Part shown: in pieces, positions 1-13,423 of the stretch
How the letters are laid out: every line of letters starts with the position of its first letter
Position numbering within the stretch: the stretch's first letter is position 1
From: Mobula hypostoma
Lineage: Eukaryota
Assembly: GCF_963921235.1 (NCBI RefSeq)
Contig: NC_086108.1
Coordinates: forward strand, 43,402,001 to 43,466,000
Direction: 5' to 3'
Length of the DNA: 64,000 nt
The notes under the pieces: generated by a model
Told to the model about the DNA's origin: nothing
Database searches by the model: none
The model's input: only the letters and a program-made list of their open reading frames with translations
Program-made: the position numbers and the translations under genes

Positions 1-965
1 TGGCCATTCCCTTTTGGATACTGCTGTGGGGGGAGGTGGAACAGCAGCAGCAGCCAGGCCAGTGGCACTGTGGCCAGCTCAGCAAAGGAGAGGAAAGCTA
101 GGCAGAGCATCTGTAAGCCGTAAGAGGAGACTTGATGGTTAGGGAGATGGACTGGAGATCTTTTTTGGGCCACAAAATAGAGGCCAGGATGGTGTGTTGT
201 CTGCCAGGTGCTAGGATCAATGATGTCTCAGAACAGCTGCCAAATATTCTCAAGAGGGAGTGTGAACAGCCGGAGGTCATGGTGCACATTGGCACAAGTG
301 ACATGGGCAGAAGGGGGAAGAGGTCCTGTGCAGTGAGTACAGAGACTTGTGGAAGAGGCTGAAAAGCAGGACCTCCAAGGTAGTATTCCCAGTGCCATGT
401 ACTAGTCAGGGCAGGGCAGGACGATAGTGCACATAAATGAGTGGCTGAGAGAGTGATGCAGGGGGCAGGGTTTCAGACTTTTGGATTGTTGGGATCTCTT
501 CTGAGGAAGGTATGACCTGTACGAAATGAACAGGTTACACCTGCACCTGAGGGGGATCAATATCCTTGCAGGCAGGTTTGCAAGAGCTGTTGGGGAGGGT
601 ATAAACTATTTTGGTATGGGGGTGGGAGCGGAGTAATAGGGATGAAGATGGGCAGTGGTATACAATAGATGCAGTGTGGAGTGAGAAAGGACAGGCAGAT
701 GATAGGACAGCATTGCAGTTGGTGGGATGAATTGAAATATAATCTGTGGGCAAAATCGAAAAGGGCAATGAATAGAGAAATACAGGTGTTATATTTGAAT
801 GCATGCAGTATACAGAATAAGGTAGTTTATCTTGTAGCTCATTTAGAAATTGGCAAGTATGATGTTATGGGCATCAGTAAGTCATGGCTGAAAAAAGATC
901 ATAGTTGGGAGCTTAACATTTTATCAAAAGGACAGGCAAGTAGGCAAAGGGGATGGAGTGGCTTT
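1..965 (+). mobile_element. Degenerate CR1 LINE fragment (ORF1 esterase-like region and start of the ORF2 endonuclease)
   Basis: Translations VCCLPGARINDVSEQL...VHIGTSD and LYLNACSIQNK...YDVMGI are CR1-type motifs, broken by stops and frameshifts. Confidence 0.75.
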
Positions 966-2220
966 TCCTGTGACAGCGCTCTGTGTAGATGTGCTCAGTG
1001 GTAGAGAAGGCTTTACACGTGATGGACTGGGTCATACCCGCTACATTTTATAGTGTTTTCCATTCAAGACCATGTGTGCTTCCATACCAGGCTGTGATGC
1101 AGCCAGTCGATATACTCATCACACATCTATAGAAGTTTGTCAAAGTTTTAGATGTTAAGCTGAATACTTGTGAACTTCTAAGAAAGTAGAGGAGCTATAT
1201 GTTTTCTTTGTAATTGCCCTCGCGTGCTAGGTCCAAAGCAGGTCCTCTGAAATTATAACCATGAGTAATTTAAAGTTGCTGATCTTCTCTTCCCCTGATC
1301 CCCTGATGAGGACTGGCTCATGGACCTCCAGTTTCCTCCTCCTGAAGTCAATAATCAGCTGCTTGGTCTTGCTGACATTGAGTGACAAGTTGTTGTGGCA
1401 CCACTCAGCCACATCTTCAGTCTTCCTCCTATATGCTGATTTGTCATCAACTTTGATTTGGCTGATGACAGTGGTGCTGTCAGCAAACTTGAATATGACA
1501 TTGGAGCTGTTGTTGGCCACAGTCATAAGTATAAAGTGACTATGGCAGGGGACTAAGCACATAGCCTTGTGGTGCATCTGTGATGATGGAGATGTTGCCA
1601 ATCTGAACTGACTGTGGTCTGCAAGTAAGGAAACAAAGATCTAATTATACAAGGAGGTACTGAGGTCAGGGTCTTGAAACTTATTGATTAGTTTTGAGAG
1701 GACGATGGTATTGAATGCCGAGTTCAATATACATCTTTGCTGTCCAGGTGTTCTGGGGCTCTGTGAAGAGACAATGAAATGGCACCTGCTCTGAAGTTGT
1801 GCTTGTAGACAAACTGGAGTGGATTCTGGTTGCTTCTCGGGCAGGAGTTGTGTATTCTATCAGCAACCTCTCAAAACACTTCATCACAGTCAGTGTAAAT
1901 GCTACTGGATGATGGTCATTGAGGCAGGATACCATGTTTTCTTAGGTACAGGTGTGATTGAAGCAGGTGGGTACCTCGGATGGCTGAAGCGAGAGGTTAA
2001 AGATGTTGGTGAATACTCTAGCCAATTGATCAACACGGGTCTTTAGTACTGGACCAGATATCCCATCAGGACCAGGTGCTTTCTGTTGGTTCACCCTCCT
2101 GAAGGATGCTCTCACGTCAGCCTCAGAGACTGAAATCACAGGGTCATTGAGGCTATGGGAGTTCATGAAGTATCCTCTGTGTTTTGACAGTCAAAGTGTA
2201 CATAGAAGGCATTGAGCTCA
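966..2220 (-). mobile_element. Degenerate Rex1/Babar LINE reverse transcriptase fragment
   Basis: Minus-strand peptides [26 protein letters not shown] and LNVSKTKQLIIDFRR. Boundaries approximate. Confidence 0.75.
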
Positions 2221-2249
2221 TATGTCGCTTGATTTTACTCAGTAAGAGT

Positions 2250-3340
2250 TAATAGCATTTTAGCCCAAAGGCAGCATGGTTTCCTTAAGGGGAAAATTTG
2301 TGTGGCAAGTCTGAAATTATTTTGAGGAATTAACTGACAGGATAAACGAAGGAGAGTCTGTGGATGTTCTGCACTTGGATTTTAAGAAGGCTTTTGATAA
2401 GGTGCTGTACCTGAGGCTGCTTAAGAAGATAAGAGACCATGAGATTACAGGAAAGATGCTAGCAAGGATAAAAGATTGGCTGAGTCAAGATTGGCAAAGA
2501 GTCAAAGAGCAGTGCCTTGGGAAGGTGGCATCTATCATTAAGGATCCCCCACACCCTCTTCACACTGTTACCATCAGGAAGGAGGTACAGAAGCCTGAAG
2601 GTACACACTCAGCGATTCAGGAACAGCTTCTTGCCCTCTGCCATTCATTTTCTAAATGAACATTGAACCCATGAACACTACCTCACTACTATTTTATTTT
2701 TGTTATTTTGTACTACTTAATTTAACTTAATTATTTAATAGACATATATATTTAATGTGACTTAGATTTTTCTCTATATTTATCATGTTTTTCATTGTAC
2801 TGCTGCCGTAAAGTTAACAAATTTCACGAAATATGCCAGTGATACTATATTTGATTCTGATAAAGGGGGCCTTTTCTGGTTGGCTGCCAGTGACAAGTGG
2901 TGTTCCACAGGGGTCGGTATTGGGACTGCTTCTTGTCAAAGAAGGCACAACAGTGGCTAATTGCGAGTGTCTTTGGTGAGCTTGAGGAAATTTGGCATAT
3001 CACTAAAAACACTTGCAAATTTCTACAAGTGTACTGAGGAGAGCATTCTAACTGGCTTGCATCACTGTCTGCTGGGGAGTAGGGGAATGCTACTGCAGAA
3101 GATTGAAGCAAACTGCAGAGTGCTATAAACTTAGTCAGCTCCATTATGGATACTAGCCTCAGTAGTATTCAGGACATCTTCAAGGAGTGATGCCTCAAAA
3201 AGGCGACATCCATCTTTAAGGACCCCCATCATGTAGGATATGTCCTGTTCTCATTGCTCCAATCAGAAAGGAGGTACAGGAGCCTGAAGGCACACACTCA
3301 ATGAATCAGGAACAGCTGATTCCCCTCTGCCATCCGATTT
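2250..3340 (+). mobile_element. Mosaic of CR1 RT pieces interrupted by two Rex1/Babar 3' ends
   Basis: LDFKKAFDKV and 'gtgacaagtggtgttccacaggg' (CR1) alternate with 'SIIKDP' and 'aggtacaggagcctgaagg' (Rex1 3' region) at about 2490-2840 and 2930-3340. Confidence 0.6.
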
Positions 3341-3379
3341 TTGTGTGTCTATACGTATGCACATACGTGCATACACACA

Positions 3380-3775
3380 CTTATTTATTTATGAATCTTA
3401 ACTTAAAGGGTTAGTAAAGAAAAGAAAGAAAGAAAAAAAAAACAAAAGGGGCCCTTTATAATTAAAGTCAAATGTGCACAATTAGGATCTCAACTCTTCC
3501 CAAAATTCATATTCACTGATCCTCGGTCAATCTCGGCGCCTAGCTCCATCGAATCATGGTCCCTCACCGGGTCGAATCCTACAACCGGTTCTCTCCAGTG
3601 TCTTGTCTCTTCATCTCCAGCCGAACAAAAAAAAAACCAAGACCAACCTTCCTAATTGGATGACACACATTCCTTAGCATCCCTTATCTTCAACATAACC
3701 CAAACAGGCTGAAAACAGAACAGACTGCTAAAATGAAATACCTATAGTTAGCAGTAAAAATGTGAGACAGAGTGT
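3380..3775 (-). mobile_element. LTR-like fragment, same family as the element starting at 35930
   Basis: 3711-3775 is the reverse complement of 35930-35990 (ctgctaaaatgaaataccta...gcagtaaaaat). 3400-3480 resembles the reverse complement of 42230-42320. Confidence 0.55.
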
Positions 3776-4632
3776 TGGATGACGGAATTGATGGCTTAGT
3801 TGCCAACTTTGCAGAAAATATCAAGACAGATGGAGGGGCAGATAGTGTTGAGTCTTCAGAAGAACTTGGACAGGTTGGGAGAATGGGCAATGAAGTGGCA
3901 GATGAAACCTAGTGCAGGGGACAGGTATGGTCATGCATTTCAGCAGAAGGAATAAAGGTGTAGACTATTTTGTAAACAAGGAGAAAATTCAAAAATCAGA
4001 GGTTGGCATCCTTGTGCAGGATTCCCTAAACATTAACTTGCAAGTTGAGTCAGTGGTAAGGAAACCAAAAGCAATGTTAGTATTCATTTCGAGATGACTA
4101 GAATATTAAAAAGAATGATGTGCGGAGGCTATATAAGGCATTGGTCAGACTGCATTTGGAGTACTGCGAGCAGTTTTGGACCTCTTATCTAAGAAAAGAT
4201 GTGCTCACATTGAAAAAGGTCCAGAAGAGGTTCATGAGGCTGATTCTGGGAATGAAAGGCTTAGCATATGAGGAGTGTTTGATGGCTCAGGCCTGTACTC
4301 GCTGGAGTTTAGAAGAATGGTGGGGGGAGTGGGATGTGTGATCTCATTGAAACCTATCGAACATTGCAAGACATAGAGTGAAGATGTTTCCTATAGTAGG
4401 TGAGTCTTGTATCAGAGGACATAGCCTCAGAATAGAGGGATGTCCATTTAAAACAACATTTGCCACAGACAGCTGTGGAGGCCAAGTCATTGTGTATACT
4501 TAAAACATAGGTTGTTAAGTTCTTGATTAGTCAAGGTGTCAAAGTTTATGGGGAGAAGGCAGGAGATTGGAGTTGAAAGGGATAATACATCAGCCAGGAT
4601 AGAATGGCAGAGCAGACTCGAATGGCCTGATT
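3776..4632 (+). mobile_element. CR1 LINE 3' part
   Basis: LYKALVRLHLEYCEQFW and KVQKRFMRLI motifs, followed by the CR1 3' UTR 'gaatggcagagcagactcgaatggcct'. Confidence 0.8.
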
Positions 4633-5580
4633 ATAAGACCATAAGACATAGGAGCAGAATTAGGCCATTTGGCCAGCTGAGTTTGCTCCGCCATAGCTGA
4701 TCCAATTTTCCTATCAGCCCTTATCTCCTGCCTTCTCTCCATATCCCTTTATGCCCTGACCAGTCAAGAACTTATTGATTCTGCCTTAAATATACATGAA
4801 GACTTGACCTTCACTGCTGCCTGTGGCAAAGAATTCCACAGATTCGCCGCTCTCTTGCTAAAGAAATTCCTCCTTGTTTCTGTTCTAAAAGGACGCCCTT
4901 CTATTCTGAATCGGTGTCTTCTGGTCTTAGATTCTCCTACTGGGGAACATCCTCTCCACATCCATTCTAACAAGGCCTTTCACCATTTGATAGATTTCAG
5001 TGAGGTCATCCCTCATTCTTCTGAATTCTAGTAAATACAGGCCCAGAGCCATCAAATGCTCTTCATGTGACAAGCCTTTCAATCCCAGAATCATTTTTGT
5101 GAACCGCCTTTGAACCCTCTCCAATGTCAGCACATCCTTTCTTAGATAAGGGTTCCAAAACTGCTCTCAATACTCCGAGCGAGGCCTCACTATTGCTTTA
5201 TAAAATCTCAACATTACATCCTTGCTGTTGTATTCTAGTCCTCTTAAAATGAATGCTAACATTGCATTTGCCTTCCTCACCAAGATTCAACCTGCAAATT
5301 AACTTTTAGGGAATCATGCACGAGGACTCCCAAGTCCCTTTGCACCTCAGGTTTTTGTATTTTCTCTCTATTTAGAAAATATTCAACCCTTTAATTTCTT
5401 CTAGCAAGTTGCATATACTTCTCGACACTGTATTCCATCTGCCGTTTCTTTGCCCACACTCCTAATCCGTCTGTCCCTTTGTAGCCTCTCTACTTTTTCA
5501 ACTACCTGCCCCTCCACTATCTTCATGTCTTCTGCAAATGTTGCAACAATGCAATTAATTCCATCATTCAAATCGTTGAC
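4633..5580 (-). mobile_element. CR1 LINE 3' part, inserted antisense into the tail of the preceding CR1
   Basis: Tail 'ataagaccataagacataggagcagaattaggcc' and LERVQRRFTKMI on the minus strand. The rest of the + tail resumes at about 5581-5625. Confidence 0.8.
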
Positions 5581-6039
5581 TCCTATGTCTCCTAATTATG
5601 CTCCTATGTCTTGTAGTCTTATGACTAACTGCAGAGCATTTGGCTAATCTCACACACTGCAACAATTGTGCATTGGGAGAGGAATGAACATTCAGTGTGG
5701 TGATGGTCAATTGCAATGTTTTGTCTTGGGTAGTGTTAAGGTTTTTAAGTATCCTTTTAGAGCTACATGCTTACAGGCAAATGGAGTACATTCTATCCTT
5801 TCTAAATGTGTTTTGTACATGTTGGTAAAACTTTGGTTGTTAGGAAGTGAGGCACTCCAGTTTACTCTGCCTCTGACTTGCTGTTGTAGCTACAGTGTTC
5901 ATGTGATTGGCCCATTGAGTTTCTGGTCAATGGTTTCCCCACTCCTACCCTTCAGGATGTTGATGGTGGGTTCTTGGCAATTTATAACTTACAAACGCTG
6001 GATGCTATGAGTTATCTTAGTACATCTTTAGGAAATACC

Positions 6040-6740
6040 TGAGGATTGAGGATGACTTGTTTCCAGTCTAGTTTTATAGGTTCTGGGGTGGCTAGTAAGG
6101 CCGGTGTTCTGGTAGATGAGACAGCAGGTATCTGAGGGAGTGGTTGGATAGTTGGTGAGGTGGCATGCTCCTTTTGCTTCAACTAATGCATAGACTAACA
6201 TTCACAATGTTATGCTGAATTCTGCTCTGCCACTTGAGCCATTATAGGACAAAGATTCCCAAAAGTTCGTCAGTGGGGATTATTACATTGCTTGAAGGCA
6301 ACTTAAACACTTCCTTAAACTTTTTTTTAATCTGCCCGCCTTGTGAGCCCTTCCCATGATGGGGCTTGGTATACTCTGTTTTGAGAGACTGGTGTTGTGC
6401 ATGTGACAAGTTTGTCCTGCCTGTGTAGCCAATTGCAGGCATTGATCTTGGAAGTGTTGGCCTGGGATACAACATTGAATGTAGAGGATTTAGCACCGAC
6501 AATTAGTGCCATCTTGCTAGTGTCTTAAGGTTCCTGTTGTAGGTCCTATACAAAGAAACATGCAGGTGGGCAGGATTACTGCTGTCCAGTAAACCATGCA
6601 ATACCAAGCATTGGTCTTCATCTTCAGAAACCATTTTCCCTAATCATCTGATGGCTGTGTGAAGACATTGAAGGAAATAATCGACCTCATCATTGCAGTC
6701 TGCCTTCAACAAGATATGGGTACCTAAATATGTGAAGTGG
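6040..6740 (-). mobile_element. Degenerate RTE-clade LINE fragment
   Basis: The minus strand near 6620-6740 reads HFTYLGT..KADCNDEVD..LQC, resembling RTE 'HFPYLGS..ADIDDEV..RLQCAS'. Heavily decayed and may extend to about 7430. Confidence 0.45.
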
Positions 6741-7429
6741 TTTGTATTTTACTGCTAGGCCAGTGTTCTGCATTGGGGGCTGGCTGGTTTATCTTGTGGT
6801 AGTTGAGTATAGGCTTTTCCTTTTGTATACTTTAGTAATGAGTCAACAATGTCTTGAAGCTGAGCCTCTGAATTTGCACAACTACACATTGCCTGTACAT
6901 TGCAACTTGACCACTGAGGTTTGGGTCTGTAGTATAGACTCTAGTCAAAGTTTCCTGTTCTAAAGAATAGATCCATACCCACAGGATGTTCGTAGGAGGT
7001 GCAGCATAAATTGTAGTAAGAAAGAGAGCATTGTTCAACACCAATTTTCACTGATTCTATGAAACCCATAGGTCAGTATCGAATGCAAAGTAGAGGCAAA
7101 TATTTCTGGGTAGCTGAATTTGAGGAGGATTACAGAATCTTCCTGAGTAACGGACTCAAAGGCTGAGGTCAGAAAAGATCACCCGGAGTGGTTGGTGCTG
7201 CTCCCTTCATTTTCCCTGGAATTGTTGCACAATGAAAATAGTGTCCATTGTGCTTTTTGGGGAACTAAATCTGCACTGCAATTCAGGAGCAGATCTGCAG
7301 CCATTGGGAAGAGGTGGTTCAAAATGACACAACAATGACTTTTCCTGAGGCCCCATAATGTTAGTAACAACATGGGTATTGCTGCAAGAAGTGGTGAAGG
7401 ACCCACAAAAGTAGTTTTTGGATGTGCTG

Positions 7430-7905
7430 AAACTAGGGAGGGTTCAAAGGAGGTTCACAGAAGTTATTCCAGGATTAAGTGGCATGTCATATGAAGAGTG
7501 TTTGATGGCTCTGGGCCTGTGTTCGCTAGAATTCAGATAAATGTGGAGTGACCTCATTGAAACCTATTGAATAGAGTGGACGTGGAGAGGATGTTTCCTA
7601 TGGTGGGAGTGTTTAAGACCAGAGGGCACAGCCTCAAAATAGAGGTGTGTCCTTTTAGTACAGAGATGAGGAGGAATTCCTTTAGCTAGAGAGCAGTGAA
7701 TGTAGAATTCTTTACCACAAGTGGCTCTGGAGGCCAAGTCTTTATGGCACTTAAGGCAATGGTTGATAGATTCTTGATAGTCATGGCACGAAGGGATATG
7801 GGGAGAAGGCAGGAGTTTGGGGCTGAGAGGAAAAATGGATCAGCTATGACAAAATGGTGGAGCAGACCCAATGGGCAAAATGCCTAATTGTGCTCCTATA
7901 TCTTA
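7430..7905 (+). mobile_element. CR1 LINE 3' fragment
   Basis: 'gagagggttcaaaggaggttcac'-like region and CR1 tail 'gcctaattgtgctcctatatcttat'. Confidence 0.75.
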
Positions 7906-10900
7906 TAGATTTTGGTTCTGTGGTTTAGCCTGCTGATTTGCCAGCTTTGCAGAAGGGCATATTTTTGGCACCACCTCCTTAGCTGTTTAATTGTATTTTA
8001 TCATTGATGGTAAGACTGCAGAGATTCCAGTATGATCCATTGATTGCTTGAGTGTCAGTTGCATATAGAAGTGGCACAGGGGACTTCGGGTCAAGATAGT
8101 GATGGTTTAGTCACTAAAAGCTATCGCTCCATTCTATTTATCTCCGCACTCCTTCTCTCCCTTTTTAACTCCAAACTGTTAAACTTTTTATTCTCCCTCC
8201 CGCCTGCGAATACAGCTGTTTTATAATGGCTTCAAAGACTACCAAATTGGGGAAAAAAAGAAGTTCCAGTGGCCGGCTTCTCAGGCGAAAACATTATCTT
8301 GATATTAGAACAGCATCGACAGGAGATAATTACTGAATTTAAGTCTTCTTTCAGTTCGTTGGAATCGAAATGGGATCAAATTAAATCCAAAGTGGAGGAT
8401 CATGCCCAACATTGATCACATCTCGAGTTTGCCACGGATGATTTAGACCGCAGTTTTAAAGAGTTGGAAAACATTTGTTCCAACTTGAGAGATCATAACC
8501 CCAAGCTAGTATCCAAAGTTACTGACCTGGAAAGGTGGAGCTGACATCAAAATCTACGTATTCTCGGCTTGCCAGAGTCTATCGAAAGTGGATCCCCCGC
8601 TGAATTTTTCTCCACTTTGCTATGTGAGATTTTTGGGAATGATATACTTTCGACCCTGCCTGAGATAGGCAGAGCTCATCATACTTTAGCGCTTAAGCCG
8701 GAGCCGGGGCATAGGCCACGCCTTGTAATTATTCATTTTCATCGCTACCAGATTGAGGATCTCTTGGTTAAAGAAGCCCGTCAGAGAGGTAGGTTGGAAT
8801 ACAAGGGTCAATCAATTCATGTTGTCGAGGACTATGCTTCCCAAGTTCTGAGTCTGCGAGCCGAGTATAAAGGAGACATGAAAGAACTATATAATCGCGG
8901 ATTCAGACCTTCCCTTCGATTTCCAGCTGGCCTTCGAATATCTCTTACTGGTGGAGGCAAAAAGTGGTTTAACTCAGCTACAGAACCTCAGAAATTTATC
9001 GATACCCTCCCTGTTACTTCGAGTCCCTCAGATTCAGTTTGATTACTTATATTGACAGAAAAGTACTTTTTTTTTCTCCTCTTGTTTTTTTTCCTGATCT
9101 TTCTTTCTTAAGTCAGTAAATTTTTTTTCCATAGTTTCTCGTGGGTAGGTCACTGGGTAAGGTCTGTTTACCTGTTTACCTATTTACCTGTTTTTATATT
9201 TTTTCTTAAATACTAGTTCTTATTTTTTTTTGGATTATTGCCTTGAGTCAAGCTTAACAAATTATGGTGGAATTGTTTTTCTTTTCACTATGTATAACTT
9301 TAGTTTGTAGTGCTAAAAGTTTTCTGGTTTTTAATCGATAATAAGATGGAGCTGATGACGATGTTAAGAGACAGGCAGTTGGGTTATGGGGTAACTTTTT
9401 CGGTAGCTCTCTTGCCGTGGGGTGCAGGGGCGGGGTGGGAGGGAACACTTAACGCCAATATTATTCATAGAACCTTTAGATATTTGTATTATTCAGGACG
9501 TATTTCTGTCCTGTTTTTCTTGTTTTATACTTTTGCACCAGAGCTGTTACTGGAATTTCTGATAATGCTTTTGCCCACTATTCTCTATCCTTTTTTTTTA
9601 AAAGGACAATGGTAAGTCTGTTGAATTTTGTAAGCTGGAATGTTAAAGGATTGAACCATCCTGTTAAAAGAAGGAAGGTGTTTTCACATCTTAAACAGCT
9701 TAATGCAGCAATGCTTTTTTGCAAGAAACACACATTCGCAGTTCTGATAATTTTCATCTCATGTCAAGATGGGTGGGGCAGCACTTCCATTCTACTTTTC
9801 AGGCTAAAGCCGGGGGGGGGGGGGGTCTTAATTCTTATAAATCAAAATGTTCCCTTTGAGCTTCATAACAAAGTATCTGATACAAATGGTCATTTTATTA
9901 TTGTCTCGGGGAAATTATATAACACACTGGTAGTCTTGGCTAACTTATACACTCCCAATTCGGATGATGTGGAGTTTTTTGATCGTTTTTTCTCTTTATT
10001 GCCTGAGCTGAGTTCATGTTCTCTCATATTTGGTGGTGATTTTAATCGTTGGTTAGATCCAGTTTTGGATCGATCATCCTCTATTCCTAGACTACCATGT
10101 AAATCTGCTTTATCAATTCAGTCTTTCCTTTCCAATTATGGTGTCTCCAATGAATCGTGTTTTCTCCGTCCAAATGAGAGGGATTACTCTTTTTTTTTTC
10201 ACATGTCCATTACACTTTTACTAGAATTGATTATTTTTTAATTGATAATCAGCTGATTCCATCTGTTCACTCTTGTGACTATCGGAGTATATTGACTTCA
10301 GATCATGCCCCAGTCACCCTGTCTATAATTCTTCCTGATTTCCCTCAAATGAATAAGCATTGGCATTTTAATCTGACCCTGTTGTCAGATAATGACTTCG
10401 TAAAATTTATGGAGGACCAGATAACTTTTATTTTTTAAATACTAACACGTCATCTGAAACCTCAAGTCAGGTTGTTTGGGACACTATGAAAGCATGTCTG
10501 AGGGGTCAAATAATTTCATATACTGTGAATTTGAAGAGAAAGACCCATAAAGAGCGATTAGATCTGGTCAATCAAATTAAAGCAACAGACCAACTATATG
10601 CCCAGACCAAAAATCCAGAGTTGTATAAGAAACGAGTGGAACTTCAAACTAAGTTTTTCCACTCACCCAATTGAACACCAACTTTTGGAAAGTAAGAGCC
10701 GGTTTTATATCCATGGTGATAAATCCCGTAAATCTTTAGTTAACCGACTAAGACGCCCTAAAGCTAAACAACATATTACAAAAATTCAAATGGAAAATGG
10801 GAATATTACCTTGAATCATTCTGAAATTAATGACTCATTCAAGAATTACTATTCTTGACTCTATACTTCTGAATCTTTAAATGATAATATTTATGTTGAG

Positions 10901-12196
10901 CATTTTTTAAATAGTTTAAATATTCCTACGCTTTCTCCTGATCTCAAAGTAAAACTGAATGAGCCATTATCATTAGAGGAAATATCCTCAGCTATTTCTG
11001 TATTGCAGTCTGGTAAATCTCCTGGACCTGATGAGTTCTCTGCAGAATTTTATAAATCATTTCCCTCAGTGCTTTCGCCTCAACTAATTTTAGTTTTATC
11101 CGACTCGTTTAAACAAGGTAAGTTGCCAGCATCATTTAATGAGGCATGTATCATTCTTTTAGAGAAAGAAAGGCAAAGATTCATCAGAGTGTTCTTCGTA
11201 TAGGCCGATTTCATTGCTAAATGTTGATGTTAAAATTTTGGCTAAAGTTTTGGCCCACAGATTGGAGAACATTCTACCCTTAATTATTTCTGAAGGCCAA
11301 ACTGGTTTTATTAAAAATCGTCTCCCTTTTTTAATATACGGCGTCTGTTTAATATCTTATACTCACCTTCAGCTGGGATTCCGGAATGTGTCATTTCTGT
11401 AGACGTGGAGAAAGCATTTGATCGTGTGGAGTGGTATTATCTTTTTGCAGTTTTAGAAAAATTTGATTTTGGACAAAGTTTTATTACATGGATTAAACTG
11501 TTATATTCACACCCCACTGCTTCTGTCTTGACCAACTCTCAGCAATCCCAGCCTTTCAACCTTAAACGTGGCACCTGGCAAGGGTGCCCTTTAAGTCCCT
11601 TACTTCTTGATCTGGCCATAGAGCCATTGGCGATTGCGTTTCGTAGCTGTGCTGAATTGACGGGGATTTGGAGGCGGGGGGGGGGTTCTTGAGCACAAGG
11701 TCTCTCTTTACGCTGATGATCTTTTACTTTTTATATCAAATCGGACTACTTCCTTATCCCCAATGTTTTCACTTCTTAACAAATTTAGCCAGCTCTCTGG
11801 AGACAAACTTAATTTACATAAGAGCGAACTCTTTCCAATAAATAGAGAAGCACAAATATTAGAATTTCATAACCTCCCTTTTAAGGTAGTAAATAATCAC
11901 TTACCTTGGCATTACAGTAACAAGGAATTGTAAGTGTCTTTTTGGAGAAAATTTCACTAATCTTTTAAACCATACAAAACAGTGTCTAGTACAGTGGTCA
12001 CCCCTGTCTATGCCTCTGATAGGTCGAATTAATGTTGTTAAAATGTATATCCTTCCTAAATTTTTATACTTATTTCAATCTTTACCAAATTTTATTTCTA
12101 AAGCTTCTTTTGTCTTGTTAGATTCTATTATTTCGTCCTATCTATGGAAGGGCAAACGTCCCAGACTAAATAAAGCTCACTTTCAAAAACCTAAAA

Positions 12197-12454
12197 CGGG
12201 GGCCGGCTAGTGGCGCAATGACATCGGCGCTGGACCCGAGAGCGGAGGTTCCTGGGTTCAGAACCAGTCGGGTCTGCTCCCAAGTACGCTTTCCATCCGT
12301 GCCAGGTTGAGTGTTGAGATCGCAACTCGACCTCGTAAAATAAAGGGAAAGTACTGCGAAAATGTCTGTGTGAGGACATCCCCCCTCGCCCCCCCGCACC
12401 TTGTAAAAAGCCATGAAAAAGACATCATCACGGACGCGCGGGCACACACCAAAA
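12197..12454 (+). mobile_element. tRNA-derived SINE
   Basis: A-box-like tggcgcaatg, B-box-like ggttcagaacc, A-tail. TSD aaaaacctaaaa at 12185-12196 and 12455-12466. Confidence 0.85.
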
Positions 12455-13128
12455 AAAAACCTAAAAGAGTAGGTGATATGACCTTGCCCAATTTTCATTT
12501 ATATTACTCTGCAGCCAACATATGTTGTTTTATCTTTTGGTCTTACTTTTATAATCAGTCTAACTGCCCAATATAGGTGGCAATGGAGTTGAATTCTGAT
12601 AAGAATCTCTCCATTCCTGCACTTCTTGGATCTGCACTTCCTTGCCATCTGCCTAAATCAATTGTTAATCCTATCATCAGACACACTCTGAGAATATGGG
12701 CTCAGTTCAGAAAATATAATGGTCTTCACGGTTTCGCTCTCTCTAGTCCTATTCTACATAATCATCTCTTTTAGTCTTCTATTCAGGATTTCACATTTCA
12801 GGACTGGCACAGAAAGGGCATTAGATGCTTTGAAGATCTTTTCATAGACAATCGCTTTGCAACTTTTGAACAGCTGTCTGTAAAGTTCAATCTACCCAAC
12901 ACTCATTTCAACCCTTTAATACCAAACTTTCATGAGGTACCTGATAAAAATGTTGTGGTCTTGTTCCTTCGTATGAATCCATTGGGTAAAGGTTTAATAT
13001 CCACTATTCGATATGTTAAGAGATTTTGAGGCAAGCCCCCTTTGGCAAAATTAAAACTGCCTGGGAGCATGATTTAAATTTTCCTCTGTCTGATGAGGTT
13101 TGGGATTCAATTCTCAAGTCAGTTAATT

Positions 13129-13423
13129 TTTTTTTGAGTGTGGGCATGCATAGGTGTGTCCATGTGTGTGCGATGTTGGTCGGACAATGTCCTTTTCATG
13201 CCTTTACAAGGCGGGGATCGAGAGAGAGAGAGACTGTGGCCGCCACTCTTCACACAGACATTTTGCAGTGTTTTTCCCTTTATTTTATGAGGCCGAGTTG
13301 CGATCTCGACACTCAACTCGGCACGGATGGAAAGCATACTTGGGAGCGGACCCAACTAGGTTCGAACCCTGGAATCTCCGTTCCAGAGTCCGGCGCTGAT
13401 GTCATTGCGCCACCAGCTGGCCC
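13129..13423 (-). mobile_element. tRNA-derived SINE, same family as 12197-12454
   Basis: Reverse-complement similarity to the 12197 copy, with B box ggttcgaacc. 16-bp TSD ctcaagtcagttaatt at 13113-13128 and 13424-13439. Confidence 0.87.
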